Shown here: in pieces, positions 13,326 through 36,389 of the stretch
Numbering within the stretch: position 1 is the first letter of the stretch
Layout: each line of letters starts with the position of its first letter
From: Dipteris shenzhenensis
Lineage: Eukaryota
Length of the DNA stretch: 64,000 nt
Strand: one strand, 5' to 3'
Assembly (NCBI GenBank): GCA_047967505.1
Contig: CM106538.1
The notes under the pieces: generated by a model
Told to the model about the DNA's origin: nothing
Seen by the model: the letters and a program-made list of their open reading frames with translations, nothing else
Databases searched by the model: none
Translations under genes and position numbers: made by a program

Positions 13326-14454
13326 TGACAAAGAACCCCTCAATGTGAAATATATGAACAAGTGTGGGACTCCAATGTGGGTCTCATGTGACCTAGCCAA
13401 TTGAGGTAAATATATTTTCTTTGGTTTTATTAGGAGTAGCTACAACCACCACTAAAATAACTCCAAGAACTAAGGCGGTGGTCACTCCAAGCCAATGTCA
13501 CCACCTTGTCACTGCAGTGGTCATGAATCTAGATCAATGCAGAAAAGCTATGTGCATGGGTAGATCACAGGGCAGACTGTGGATAGTCTTATGCACAAAG
13601 ATGCATCATAGAGACTGTGTGAAGCAGGCCAGAACTACTCATGTAGTTACATGTGTCAAGCTCTGCGATATTCAGAAGAGTAGGTTTTGACAAATTGCAT
13701 CTCATTATTATGCTAGTATGGCAATCATTACGTTGGAAAATTTTTGGAGAGAGGGCGAGTCACCCAAATTGCTCATTAACATGTCACATCATGGCCCCAA
13801 AATTGCCCCTAAAATAGTTTGGCGATTGGTACACACAATTGTGCATTAACCCAAAGGTATATATAAATATACATATATCAACATCTAAGGAGATCAATAA
13901 GCTAGAAGGATTGTTCTAGATTACGAAGACTTTGTACAAAGCATTGTAATTCAAATATAGAAAACAAGCAAAAACCAACCCAATAGTCATATATAGGAGG
14001 AAAACCCAATGGTTGAGATTTTTGAGTTTCAAGTCCACCGAATAGTTGACCATAGTAAACATGTGGCATTGCCATGTTACCAAATCGACCATAAAAGAAC
14101 ACATGGTGTTACTATGTTTGCACCAACTCAACCATACATCAGACCTAACCTCAATTAGCCAAAGTTAACCCTAGATCATTGAACCTTAGTCAACTCAACC
14201 ATAGGTTAACCTAATGCATGGCCACCATCACCTAACCATTAGGTAGATGAACCTATAGATTGCAAATAGTTAAAGCAACCCATCAAGTACATTAACAATC
14301 TTTAGTCATCATTTCTAGGGATAAGACAAGCATTAGTTTACAATAGCTTTCAACATTTTCCTAAGCCGTTTAAACTATTCAATGTTGTGCAAGGTCTTCA
14401 TCAAAATTTTATCACATCAAAGGCTACAATCTCACACCTCACTTGAGACTCTAC

Positions 14455-14670
14455 AACACACATGCACATGCACATGCACACGCACGTGCACGTGCATGTG
14501 CACATGCACATGCACATGCACACGCACACGTGCACACACATGCACACATGCATGCACATGCACACACACACACACATGCATGCACACATGCACACATGCA
14601 TGCACACATGCACGCATGCACCCATGCATGCATTCACGTGCGCACACATGCACAAATGCACGTGCATGTG

Positions 14671-14698
<28 letters not shown>
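14455..14698. repeat. (CACATG)n/(CA)n microsatellite
   Basis: Direct inspection; the His/Cys/Val-rich ORFs here are artefacts. Confidence 0.95.
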
Positions 14699-14701
<3 letters not shown>

Positions 14702-15109
14702 CTTTCTAAACTTCTCTTTCAATACCCTCCAAAAAACCTACTCTTCCTAACTACCAACTCCCCCTAAACTTCACTAAGTAATATTTACCCCCCCCCCTCC
14801 CAACGACTCTTTCAATTCACATTGTCTCTTCATCTCCCTGCTTATTGTGGCTCCTCATTTCTTGACCCCCCCAACTACTTGCTACTCCACCTATTTATCT
14901 TTTACAATTGAGCTATTATTTGCCATCGTTGCCTATAGTTATTGCCCTTGCGTCTTGCCTACTACAGCCTCCACACTACCTAACCTGAGGTATTCCCCTT
15001 ATGACTTCAACTTTTGCACTCTATTGATGCTTTACATACATATATTCTTTCAATAATAAGTGTAAGAACTTATAACTTAAGATTAAAAATTAATCATCTA
15101 GAGCCAATT

Positions 15110-15420
15110 TTAGATCTTAGCCAAGAGATAGCCTCTTCTTGGCTATGATGGTGTGGAGTTTTGATGCCTTCATGTGAGCAATTTTGGCCTTTGGATTTCA
15201 AAAATCCCATTGTGCAAAGTATTTGTCTAGCCTCTTTTTGGCCATGAAGGTGTGGAGTTTTGAGTCCTTCACCTTTAAATTTTGGTAGAACCAATAGTAG
15301 ACCTTGGCCAAGAGAAAGGCTCTTCTTGGCCATGAAGGTGTGGAGTTTTGAGGCCTTCACTTGAGCAATTTTTGGCCTTTGGATTTCAAAAATCCCCTTG
15401 TGCAAAGTATTTATCTGAGT
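15110..15420. repeat. Short degenerate tandem repeats within an old, unassigned TE remnant
   Basis: ttggccatgaaggtgtggagttttga occurs three times (one degenerate) and gagcaatttt(t)ggcctttggatttcaaaaatccc twice. Confidence 0.6.
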
Positions 15421-16343
15421 GCACTTTTGGAGGCTTGAACCCATGACCACTTGCTTAGGGAAGAAGAGCCTTACCATTGAGGTAATCAGTTTCTCCTTCA
15501 TTTGCAACTGCTTCTTTCAAAGCTACTCATATGTGGATGTTATCAGCAACTCCTCCCTATCGTACAACTCTTTGGCTCTCTCCTAGGCTCGCATGCATTT
15601 TATTTTCATAGCTCAAGCTATCCATTTAAAGACCTTCTTATTGCATTTCAACTACTCCTAGGGTTGTCCATACACCAAGCTACTATGAGTTGTAGTCTCC
15701 TTATGACCTTCTCAGAAGCTTCTTGTCTTGGAATTCTATGAACTTTGAAATTTCTCTCAATCTTCTTGAATTCTTCTCTTCACTCTCCTAGTAGTGTTGA
15801 GCTTAGGACTCTATGCACAGGGTTGGTGTTTGATGAAGAGCTTCTACATAGTTCCTCCATGGTTGTGGCTATTAAAAACAAGCTTCTACACACTTTTATA
15901 GTAGCATGGTACTTGATACAATTGGAAAATTTGTTCATTGCATTTCACCACAATTTCTGTGGACAAATAAGACTTGGATATTCATGGACTATATCTATTT
16001 TCACAAGTAATAGAAAGCATATGCAAAACCTTTGTAGGGTAGTTATATAAGCAATTGCTTTTGAAGCATGTATGCTAGTAGTTAGAACTATCATATAGAT
16101 GGGATGGTTGTTCTCAGTTCTATGTTGTTGATCTAGAAGTTCAGGAGTTCCGAATGAGGAAGCATTATCTATCCACAGAACTCTATTTTGTTTAGTCTTG
16201 ACTATGTTTCCTACATTAGGGGAATTTTGGACTAAAAAAGGCCTTATAAGTGGATTAGCAAAATGGATTAAGGACTAATAAGGCCTATAAAGGGTCCCAT
16301 CATCCCCATATGAGTCCAAAAAAGTACACCTCCCTAGGATTTG

Positions 16344-18373
16344 GTGAGTGCACCTCCCTCTCCCACTTGGAGGATCCCCACCATGTGCAAGAAGTCCACC
16401 CTCTTTATACCCCAAGGTGGTCCCCGCTCCTAAAAGTATCTCGTGGGTACTACTCCCCCCAAAAATTTGAAATTTTTCAAAAGTGCCAAAAATGACGTGA
16501 AACCCTTCCAAACCGTCCCCTAAACCATGCATATGGACCCAGATTCCTTTCCAACCCTTGAATCCTTCTTCTACTCACCATAGTCACTTTCCAATGCCTC
16601 AATCCTTCTTCTTCTCATCTAATCACTTTCTAACCCCTGAATCCTTTTTCTTCTCACCATAATTATTTTTCATCATTTTTCTAACCATCTCATGGCTCCA
16701 TTGCAAGATTCTCCTATAATGTGGTGCTTGGTAGTTGATAGTGTAACAACAAAGCTATTTTGTAATCTACATTTTTTAATTACTTTCACTCAGTAACTCA
16801 AATCTATTTTCTCACACCTCTCATTGTTCCATTTCAATGTTACCAACAAGATGTAGAAGTGTTCCCTGAGTTACAAGTGCATGTGACAAAATGTGTTCTT
16901 GGTAGGTTGCGGTGGAGCAAGCAATCAATCAAAGGGTGCAAGCTACATGGCACATGAGGGCTACATCTAGGGATTATGAACTACCTTGTCCCTGTAGCTT
17001 ATTGGATAAACATTATTCAAATCTTTTCAAATATGTGGAAGTAATCTCAATTAGATTTCAAGGAACTTGAGCATGGATGGATAGAGCATTGAGGCAATCA
17101 AAGGTTAAGGGAAGAATCTTCTTCAACATGATGGAAGTGGTCATTCTTTAACATTTACCACTATACCCATCAACATTTATCTGTCTTGTATGTGTTCTTT
17201 TCCTTTAGAGGACACCTATTATATTATAGTGTGTCCTTTTGTAGACACTATATTTTGGCTGCCCAACGGAGGTTGCTTGTACTTTCCCTTTCTATGGTAA
17301 TTGATATTATTTCATTCTAAAATAAATAAATGTTATCATTCTCATAAAATAAAGTAAAGTGAGTGCACCTCCCTCTCCCACTTGGAGGATCCCCACCATG
17401 TGCAAGAAGTCCACCCTCTTTATACCCCAAGGTGGTCCCCGCTCCTAAAAGTATCTCGTGGGTACTACTCCCCCCAAAAATTTGAAATTTTTCAAAAGTG
17501 CCAAAAATGACGTGAAACCCTTCCAAACCGTCCCCCAAACCATGCATATGGACCCAGATTCCTTTCCAACCCTTGAATCCTTCTTCTACTCACCATAGTC
17601 ACTTTCCAATGCCTCAATCCTTCTTCTTCTCATCTAATCACTTTCTAACCCCTGAATCCTTTTTCTTCTCACCATAATTATTTTTCATCATTTTTCTAAC
17701 CATCTCATGGCTCCATTGCAAGATTCTCCTAAAATGTGGTGCTTGGTAGTTGATAGTGTAACAACAAAGCTATTTTGTAATCTACATTTTTTTAATACTT
17801 TCACTCAGTAACTCAAATCTATTTTCTCACACCTCTCATTGTTCCATTTCAATGTTACCAACAAGATGTAGAAGTGTTCCCTGAGTTACAAGTGCATGTG
17901 ACAAAATGTGTTCTTGGTAGGTTGCGGTGGAGCAAGCAATCAATCAAAGGGTGCAAGCTACATGGCACATGAGGGCTACATCTAGGGATTATGAACTACC
18001 TTGTCCCTGTAGCTTATTGGATAAACATTATTCAAATCTTTTCAAATATGTGGAAGTAATCTCAATTAGATTTCAAGGAACTTGAGCATGGATGGATAGA
18101 GCATTGAGGCAATCAAAGGTTAAGGGAAGAATCTTCTTCAACATGATGGAAGTGGTCATTCTTTAACATTTACCACTATACCCATCAACATTTATCTGTC
18201 TTGTATGTGTTCTTTTCCTTTAGAGGACACCTATTATATTATAGTGTGTCCTTTTGTAGACACTATATTTTGGCTCCCCAACGGAGGTTGCTTGTACTTT
18301 CCCTTTCTATGGTAATTGATATTATTTCATTCTAAAATAAATAAATGTTATCATTCTCATAAAATAAAGTAAA
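16344..18373. repeat. Near-perfect tandem duplication of a 1015-bp unit (16344-17358 / 17359-18373)
   Basis: The two copies are collinear, with only a handful of differences by eye (e.g. cccctaaac/cccccaaac, tataatg/taaaatg, ggctgccc/ggctcccc). Confidence 0.95.
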
Positions 18374-18719
18374 ATCATAATCTATGTTGTTTTATTCTTG
18401 TTGCTTGTTGAAGTTTACCCAAAACTCAATTTCAAAAAGGCCTCTTGGCCTCAATGTTCATGTGGGTGTGCAATTGGATCAAACAATGTAAGTTTGGCCC
18501 AAATGTGTGCTTGGCCAAGCGGACTTTGTTATGTCTTATGAGATTACTTCTTGCCCCTAATCAGCTCCTTCTTGGTGATTAGCAAGTTTCTCTATAATGA
18601 ACACCAGTACACCCCATTAGCCACACATCTATACAAAAAATCAGTTAAGCCAAGAAGAAAAAGTATTCTGTAAATAAAAGAAAGGCAACCACTTGAACTA
18701 CGCTTCAACAAGATTGAGC

Positions 18720-19110
18720 CCCAAATAGTGGTTCCCAATAAATAGGAGAGAAAAAATATGATTTGGAAAAATATTAGGCAATCTGGACCCCCCCCCCCAA
18801 AAAAAAAAAAAGACTATTTGTGGGAACCAGTATTTGGGGCATGGAGAGGCATTCCCCCCAAAACAATTTGAAAAAAAATGGCCAGATGGCCCCAGGTGTG
18901 AGTAGGCACGACTTTGGGCGATTCGGGGACCAAAGTCATGCTTGCTCACACCTAGGGCCATCTGGCCATATTTTTTTGGGGGGAATGTCTCTCCTTGCTC
19001 CACATAGTGGTTCCTAACAAATAAAAGAGAAAAAAAATTATTTGGAAAAATATTAGGCAATCTTGAACCCCCCCCCAAAAAAAGAAATTATTTGGAGGGA
19101 CCACTATTAG
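18720..19110. repeat. Compound palindrome: central hairpin flanked by two direct repeats that are themselves self-complementary
   Basis: tggccagatggccccaggtgtgagtaggcacgactttgg / ccaaagtcatgcttgctcacacctagggccatctggcca form inverted arms; flanking atagtggttcc...ttggaaaaatattaggcaatc...gg(a/g)acca units at about 18720 and 19000. Confidence 0.85.
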
Positions 19111-21559
19111 GCATCCTTGATTTGTTGGGAACCAGGTGTTTAGGGTTGAATTCTAGGTGTTTAGGGTCAAATTTTTAGAATTGGGCATGCAAATCCAAGC
19201 CAAGAAAGCACCTTAGAGTGCCTTGTTTACATATTCGGGCCATTATTTGCCCATCTGAATGGTTGAACCATGTAAATCACAAAGTATCAAAGTCGTAGCT
19301 TGGTGTAAAATCTACAACCCTCTCTTACAGATTTTTCCCAAAACCAATCATCTTCTTAGACATATTTGCCTTTCCAAAGTGCTCACTCTCAATATGTTGA
19401 TGAAATTGTGAAAACAAGTCATGGAAGCAAAAATATCGTGCAATGACCTATGGCCTCACAATGGGTACTCACAGAAAGTACGCATATTATACTCTACAAG
19501 GTTGATCTACAAATTCTATTCATATATGTCCCATGTGCATCCCTTTTACTTTTCATGCATATGCATATTATACTCCAAGATTGATCTATTACATAAATTC
19601 AATCGACATATTTATTTCTTATGTATTATGTCCTTCTCTAGTTATCGTTTTAGTGTTTACACTAAAACCAATAAGAACAAATGCCACTCTCAAACTTTTA
19701 GAGACAATTTGTCATTACAGATAATTGTTGCCTTATACAAGAATCATCGATATTATACAGATGTATGCCCCTAATAATCTCAATGTACCTCAATTCAATA
19801 GCATGGATATGCATGGACATGTTCCACAGGGGATTCACTAGTAGTAATAAGGAGATGTCACCTACGTGCAATAAATATATGAAAATTCCCCTTATCTACC
19901 ACCTATTTACAGGACCTTACCTTATAAAATGTACCTTCCTTCCCTTATATAACCCCCCTCCCTTACACTCACGTGGTACCATACGATAAACCCTAGTGGA
20001 CCCCCAGAGACATGTTCTATGCTTATGGTACAATTGATTTACAGGTGTTGCTTCTTTTAGATGCTCAACTACTTTTACTTTTGGATGCCAAACATTAGAA
20101 TATGATATGGATATCATTCATCGAGTCTTGATGGATATGTTAACTTTGAACTTTCAAAAGCTTTTCGCTTCTTTTAATAAAGAAAATTGAACATTTTTTT
20201 CCCACCCTTGTCTTGTCCTGTCTTCTTACTAAATCTTTGCATGCTTGATTTCCAAATAATTTAAATTTAAAAATGATGCATTTTGTTTATTACATCCAAG
20301 TTTTTGGTAAATTTGAAAAAGATCTTTAAAAAATGTTATATAATTTACAAAATTATGAAAGCAAAGTTTTTAAATACATATTCAATTATAATATTCCCTC
20401 TAACTTATATTATTCATGAGTCAAAGTTATTAATTCAATTAAAAAATCAATCTAGCTCTAAATATAAGCAATACCTAAGAGTGGAACCTTCCCAAAATGT
20501 TACTTGGAGTATTCCATCAAAGCATGTATTACTTGGGGGTTCAAGTTGCCAACTCCCATTCTAAGTAAATAATAAATACAAGTGATCACATGCAATTATG
20601 TCTGATTGTTTTCAAATGTGATGTAATGTCCAAGAAGTAAAGATAACTTCCAAATAGCTACATACATATTTCATATACACAACATAATACATATTAATTT
20701 GTCTCATCCATGCATGAGGTGGTGTATTTTGGCACCATTGGGATTTATTAAGCAAATAAAGACTCATATCTAACTAAACCTACATAATCTTTAAAAGTAG
20801 TACATTTTCAAAGACCATATACCTGTTGATTTAAAATCCCAAACACAACACGTATATCTATACCTCATCCACAAGATCCCAAAGACAACCTACTACCTAA
20901 TAAAGGAATTCATTCTAAGGGAATCTATGCCCCATCACTTTTTCTCAAGACTTACATCTACACTTCATTGACAAGATCCCACAAACAACCTAGCTACTCT
21001 CATCCATGCACAACAGATTGTTCTTCATCACACTGATTCATGTAGTAATTCAAAGTTGTCCTGGCTAACTAAATACAACAATTAACCTAAAGTAATACAT
21101 TCTGAAAGAATTATTATGATAATTTACAGAAAAAAATATAGATTCCAATGTGGTATAAAAAAATTATTGGAATATTGAATCAAATCATTTTAGCCAATGT
21201 ACATGAATGCTTCCATTCAATGAAAGATAGTATTACATCCATGTGCCTTTCTAATAACTTCTTGATTTTTAAATTTTTGATCTATAAAAGAAAATAATAA
21301 TCATTGTAAGGCATGCCCTCCCATTATGGTCATGAATTCACTTCTCATAGATATTGTAGTAGTGGTGCTTGGCAAGTCCCTAAATGATCAATTTTGATGC
21401 ATCTTGACAATTGCAATAAGTCAATCATTAGTATTTCTTTAAAATCATTAACTTAGTAATAGAAATTATAATATTTACAAAATAACTTCAAATCAAACAA
21501 AGTCTAAGAATCAGATCAAATCCTTATTATGTCCACTACATCATGATCCATAGGAATCC

Positions 21560-30131
<8,572 letters not shown>

Positions 30132-31704
30132 CAACATAGTCCTCTTACCCTTGCTCCCATACAAGCCCCTTTTGGGCAATGAAATACTCCTTCAAAATGT
30201 GTCTTACATCTAGTCTAGGGGAAAAGGAGCACTTCATAAATATGGAAAGAGTGGGAGAAAGAAAAAAGGAAGAGATTGAGAGGATGAGGCTACGAGCAAG
30301 AAGAGATTGTGACGATGTTGAGAGGAGGCTAAGGATATTGAGAGGGGGAGGATGAGTGGAGGTTGATAGGAGGAAGTTGAGAGGAGGAAGAGCTTGAGAG
30401 GACGATGTTGAGGGGAGGTTGAGAGGAGAAGGAGGAGGCTAAGAGGAGGCTGAGAGGAGGCTAAGAGGAGACAGAGGCTAGGAGGAAGGTTGAGAGTCAA
30501 TGGGGATAGTTTGGGGGGCCTCTTGGGAGGTGTTTGGGGGGTTGGGGAGACTTTTGGAAATCTTTGATTTTTTGGAGGGAAAAAAATTCACGATTTTGGG
30601 GACCACGGAGTGAGGGAGGAGGGTAGGGGGACCATGAAAAAGTCAAGGGGGGGAGTAAATGCCCCAGGAGGTGGTGGGGGAAAGACGAGGCAAGTGAGAG
30701 TCTAGTGGGGACCAAGGGACGTCTCTCCACCAATGAGAGGCCAATATGGAATCCTCCATTCTTTTAATGCCCAAGCCTTCCTATTGGCTGGTTTACTAAT
30801 CACAAATCTTAAGGGACTAATCCAAGAGGCCCTTTTTGAGTCCAAAATTCCCCTAATGTCTGATGTACTAAGTTTTTAGCTATACAATCAGTATTACTCA
30901 TTATGATCTTTGCTGTTCTGAATTCAGAATTGAAATGTTAGTTGTCTTTGAAAGTTCTTACTATGCTTATCTATTTATCTCAATAGATAGTTTTTCAGAT
31001 AAGTCTCTACCTATTACATTGGCAATCCTGCAAATAAATTGGACACTTGGATTGTGAGAGATGTGTGAAGAGCGCACATGGCTTCTTTATGCAAGCATTG
31101 TGGAGAAAATGCACATGTTGTAAAGCATAGGGATATGCTGCTAAAATCAAAGAAGGAGAGTATTCAATGTCTACAGTGACAAATCCAAGTCTTGTGAAGC
31201 AATGTTCAAGCGCTCAAGTCCCCGTTCAATAAACTTCAGATGTCAAGAGCGCACGGGGTAGAATTTAGTTAACAATTGCAAATTTTCAATAGATGATTTG
31301 TAATTTTCAATAGAGGATACGTGAAATTGTCGAAGGAAAAATTCTAGATTGAGTTGCAGTCCATGGTGGCTGAAGATGGTGAATTTTGGGAGCAGTGAAT
31401 TCTTATAGCATGTTCATGGAGGCATTGGTAGCGAATGTTAGACGTAGGAGAACCTGCGACATCTCCTCGATGAATTGGCCATCCATACTTCACCAGGGCT
31501 CTCGGGCTAGAGGTCAAACAAGTGCCTTTGAAGAGAATTCGTTGGGCGAGCCTACACAAGGGCGTGGTCAGAGAAGCATCCTAATGTCTCTATGCCAACA
31601 TGGACTTAGGTAGCCATAATGTGTGTGTAGAGTAGCGGCAACAAAGCTCCTCATGTACTTGCATAAGGTTAGGAATAATCTCTCTTAGGAATCCTCAACA
31701 TGTC

Positions 31705-31990
31705 TTCAACATGCAAGTTCTACATATGATTCCTACATGCAATTTGTACATGCAACTCCTACATGCAACTTCTACGTGCAACTCCTACATGCATGTTCTA
31801 CATGCAAGTCCTACATGCAATTCCTACATGCAACTCCTACATGCAACTTCTACATGGAAGTCCTACATGCAACTTCTACATGCATGTTCAACATGCGAGT
31901 GTCCTACATGCAGTTCCTACATGCAACATGCAACTCCTACATGCAACGTGCAACTTCTACATGCGCATCCTAGATGCAAGTTCTATATGT
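31705..31990. repeat. Minisatellite of about 13-bp units TCCTACATGCAAC
   Basis: Direct inspection, roughly 20 degenerate copies. Confidence 0.85.
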
Positions 31991-33468
31991 AGAGAGAGAA
32001 TGTCTTACAATTCCTACATGTAGAGAGAGAAGCTCTCCAACTTGTATAAATACCCCATAATGGAATGAAGCCCACACTCTTTGGAGAATTGTGTTGAGTT
32101 CTACTTTGCTATTCCAAGCAATTGTCTCCAAGTGTCCATGCTTCCTTGCACTCCATGTCCAAAAGCATGTCCTAACCTTGTAACTCCTCCTCCCCTCTCC
32201 TCCAACCTTGCAACCCCTCCTCTCCCTCTCCTCCTCCCAGCTCCTCCTCTCCTCCTCCCTCCTCCTCTCTCTCCTCCCTCCTCCTCCACCCTTCTCCTCC
32301 CTCCCCTCCTCCCTTCTCCTCTCTCTCCTCCCTCCCATGCTCTTACACCTTCTTCCTCTCCCACTCCTATGCTCCTTTTAAACACTTAGTCCCTCAAACC
32401 TTGACCTCTAGGATCTATGAGGGAGAGGAGTTCTCCGCCATGTACTCTATCCTGCCTTGGATCTTCTTTCTAACCCTTAATCCCTTCTAACCCTTGGAGC
32501 CTCTTCTAAGCTTTAGACACTCTTCTAAACCTTGGAACCTCCTTCTAAACCTTGAATCTCTCTAACTCTTAAAACTCCCCCTAAATCCTTCAACCCCCAA
32601 TGAAGGTGAAAGCCTCCATTACCCCAATCATGATGATGCATGTTCCTTTCACACATGCATGCACTGGCTATGTCTCTTACCGGAATATGACCTGAGGTCC
32701 TAAGCTAGACTTATACTACAAACAATGACACTGATATATGTGTAGGTGACAAAACACTGTTAGAATGCTGAATACTAGGAATACCCTGCTCTTCCTGTGG
32801 AAACCATGGGAAAGAGTCAACATTTGGCATCATAGCCGGGGAGACTAGTGTCTCAAATAATCAAGTAAACATACACAAGTATGTGTGAAGAACAAACCAC
32901 CATTAATTATCACAAACAATGCACTCAAGGGCAAGGAGAGAGAATTTTTTTTCCAACTCTAGCCAAAAATATCAACCCCAAGCATCAACCTTGGATTTCT
33001 TAAAAATAATCCACTTGAAGAACAAATCAGGCTATCTAATGGACACCAATGTGTAGAGCTCACAATTTTGAACATTTCACCTTTTTATAGAAGAGTGATT
33101 CGAGCTAACCATGAAAAATTATGGCTCGGGAAGAGTTTAGGGTTTAATCCTAACCCTAAGCCCATTCCTATAAAAACCCACTCCACCCCCTCACTCTTCT
33201 TCTTCCACATCTAGCCTCCATCCTCAAACCCATTCCGAGCCCTATGCAAGACCCTCCTCCCTCTCCATAGACCACTATCCTACTCCCATCCTCATCGTCA
33301 AGTTGCTTTGATCCCTTCTTGTAGTGATAACCTAGCCCATCCACCCACCATCCATTCGCCCTCAACAATCCTGTTACATCAAGAAAGAATTCGAAGAGCA
33401 TTGAAGGTGATCATCTCCTCCTCCCTTTGAATTTCCGTCAAGATTTCCATCCGTCAAGTTTTCACCAC

Positions 33469-34085
33469 CATTAGGAAAGAAGAGAACTCATTTTGGGGCC
33501 CTCTAAGAAATTTGCTATCTACCTATTTTTGTTACACCCAAAATATGGAAACTGCCATAAGATGCAGATACTTATTACTGCAAAAAAACCAATGTAGTAC
33601 CTAGGCTTCACATTGAATATGAATATAAGATCCTCTATTTTTTGTGCAGAATTTAATGATTATGACATTGTCGACGTGTCTGGAGTGGTGGGCTGAAACT
33701 CCCAAATCAACCCTAGAGACACATAATGTTGGAGAAATACCAAAAATCATGTAAAAAGATAAAAGAAGTCATATTCAAAATCTCTCTCTTTTATTATGTC
33801 TGACATACGTGATCTTCGAAGAAGTTTCTCTGTGCAGAATTTGATGATTTTGACATCGTTGGTGGATCCGAAGCAGGCCAAAACCCCCAAAGACACTAAA
33901 AATTGACGCCTGGAGGCCCGAAAAAGGAAAAAAATGTATAGAATGGAAGAGACAGTAAAATACGATTTGGCCTCTGGGCGTCGGTTTTTGGTGTCTTTGG
34001 AGTTGATTTGGGGGTTTTGGCCCACTCTAGATGCATCGACGATGTTAGAATCATCAAATTCTACACAGAGAAACATTAAGATCAA
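33469..34085. mobile_element. Truncated CATTAGG-family MITE-like element (left TIR plus internal palindrome)
   Basis: cattaggaaagaagagaactcattttggggcc at 33469 matches the TIR at 40147; internal tgtgcagaattt(g)atgatt...aatcatcaaattctacaca inverted arms resemble those at 40346-40713; right end replaced by Copia sequence. Confidence 0.8.
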
Positions 34086-34086
34086 G

Positions 34087-36299
34087 AGAATCTTCTCAAA
34101 GCAATGCAGATAGTGGTACGCAAGTATCACACGAAAAGGAAAAGAGAAGGTAGATCAGCCCATGTTTGATGTGAATGTAGGTCACTCTTATGTGGATGGT
34201 GAATCCAGTGGCTTAGAATAGAGCATTGATGATGAGTTGGGTATTCCTTCTGTTGTTACACTTGGAGTACAGAAAACCAGGGATGTTTTGAGAGCACCTG
34301 GAAGTGAGCCTATTTTGTGCAGGTCTACCAGAGCTAGATATCCTATGGATAGGCTGAAATATGATGGACTTACAACCATTCACTATGCCTATATGGTCAA
34401 AGTGATGCAGGATCCAGAACCCACTTCTTTTTGAGCAAGCCATGGATGAATAAATGGATGCCTTGGAAGCAAATGCTACATGGGAATTGGTGCCTTTGCC
34501 TAAAGACAAGAATTCAATTGGCTGTAAGTGGGTTTATAAGGTGAAGCACAATGCAGATGGTTCTGTGAACAGATACAAGGCAAGATTAGTTATCAAGGGG
34601 TATGCACAGACATATGGCATTGATTATGAAGAAACATTCATCCCAGTTGCAAGGATGGCAACCGTAAGAGCAGTCATTGCTATGGCTGCATCAAAGGGAT
34701 GGTCTTTACATCAGATGGATGTAAAGAATGCCTTCTTGCATGGTGATTTGCAAGAAGAGGTATTTATGGAGTAGCCACCTAGTTATGTTCATGCTGTTCA
34801 TCCTGAGTTTGTTTGCAAGTTAAAGAAAGCCTTGTATGGCTTGAAGCAAGCGCCTAGAGCATGGTCTAACAAGATAGGATAGTATCTTGTCACTATTGGC
34901 TTTCAGATTTCCAAGGCAGATTTCTCACTTTATGTGAGAAAAATAGAGAAAGGTATTATGCTGCTTGTCATTTATGTTGATGATTTGATCATCACAGGTG
35001 ATAGTGATGAAGATATTCTTCACGTGAAAATGCTATTGAAGCAAAAGTTTGAGATCAAGGATTTGGGAGAGCTACGTTATTTCTTGGGCATTGAGGTGAT
35101 TAGATCACCAAGTGGGATATAGCTCTTGCAGAGGCAGTATGGACTGGACATGCTGTCCAAATATGGGATGACAGGCTGTAAGCCTATTTCAGTTCCTTTG
35201 GAGCAGAATGTGAAGCTGAGCACAGATGCAGGTGAGCTTCTAGAAGACCCTACTATGTACAGATGCATAGTAGGAAGTTTGATTTATATGACTATTACCA
35301 GGCCAGATTTGAGCTATGCTGTTGGATTGGTAAGCCAGTTTATGTAGGCTCCAAGGAAACTACATTTGGATGTGGCTAGACACATACTCAGGTATGTGAA
35401 GTCCACATTGCAGTATGGACTATTTTATGAGGCTGGGGTTCAGATACAATTGCATGGATACACTGATGCTGACTGGGCTGGTATTATTTCTGATAGACGA
35501 TCTACCAGTGGATATATGTTCTCTTTTGGGAGTGCTTTTGGGAGTGCTGCAGTCACTTGGAGCAGCAAGAAATAGCCTACAATTTCCTTGTCAAGCACAG
35601 AGGCTGAGTACAGGGGTGCAGCAATGGTTGCATGTGAGGTAGCTTGGTTGCATAAGCTACTCTATGATATGCATCAGTCTACAGATGGGCCAGTTGTCAT
35701 TTATTGTGACAACATGAGCTGTATACACTTGGCAAATAACCCATTCTATCATGCTAGAACAAAGCACATTGAGGTGCATTATCACTATGTGCGGGAGAAG
35801 GTTTTACTAGGTATTATTGATCTAGTTTATGTTAGCACAGAGGATCAGGTAGCTGACATATTCACAAAGGCATTGGGCACAAAGAAGTTGCGCAAGTTCA
35901 GAGACCTGCTTGGTGTGCAAGAATTGGGATTGAGCTCGAGGGGGAGTGTTGAGATATCGAGCTCCACTCGTGATATGCCAGGGTGACCGTTGTGCATTTA
36001 TGTCACTGACTTGTTAGCTGCAGATGCGGTTGGTACATCACCCATGAATAATAGCTGGATGATAGCTATCCTTATCTACTCTAGTTCGTGGCTCAGTCAA
36101 TATGCCACCTTAGTTAGCTGAGTTTGGTTTGAGACCCATATATAGGGTTCTTCTATTTCTTTGTACTAGAGTTCTTTTGGCTTACACAACTAAGAAGAGG
36201 AAAACTATTTTCAGCCTTCGCCTTTTGTGTGTATTTCCCTATTGTGTATGTGAGAAAGCCACAAGTGAGACTCTATCCCTCTCTCCCACTATTTTCACA
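34087..36299 (+). mobile_element. Copia retrotransposon 3' half (RT, RNase H, PPT, 3' LTR 35947-36299), older copy of the 55524-61555 family
   Basis: Collinear with about 59330-61555; YVDDL, YTDADWAG, KHIEVHYHYVRE; multiple CAG>TAG stops; LTR TGTTGAGA...TCACA. Confidence 0.96.
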
Positions 36300-36389
36300 G
36301 GCGATCTACTCGGAGACACTTCTATGATGAGGGGTTGATTACTGAGGACCAAAATACTAGTGAGCACTATTATAAGTTTGTCTTGCTAT

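Noticed and set aside
14382-14767. His/Cys-rich ORFs resembling metal-binding peptides (also at 25724-25996 and 29835-30213)
   Set aside because: Translations of (CA)n, (CACATG)n and (CT)n microsatellites
31705-31990. CRISPR-like regular repeats (also 12400-12700 and 54310-54480)
   Set aside because: Degenerate tandem minisatellites without unique spacers; eukaryotic context; no cas genes
33137-33160. Telomere-like TTTAGGG/CCCTAA motifs
   Set aside because: Only isolated units, common in plant TE and promoter sequence; not an interstitial telomere array
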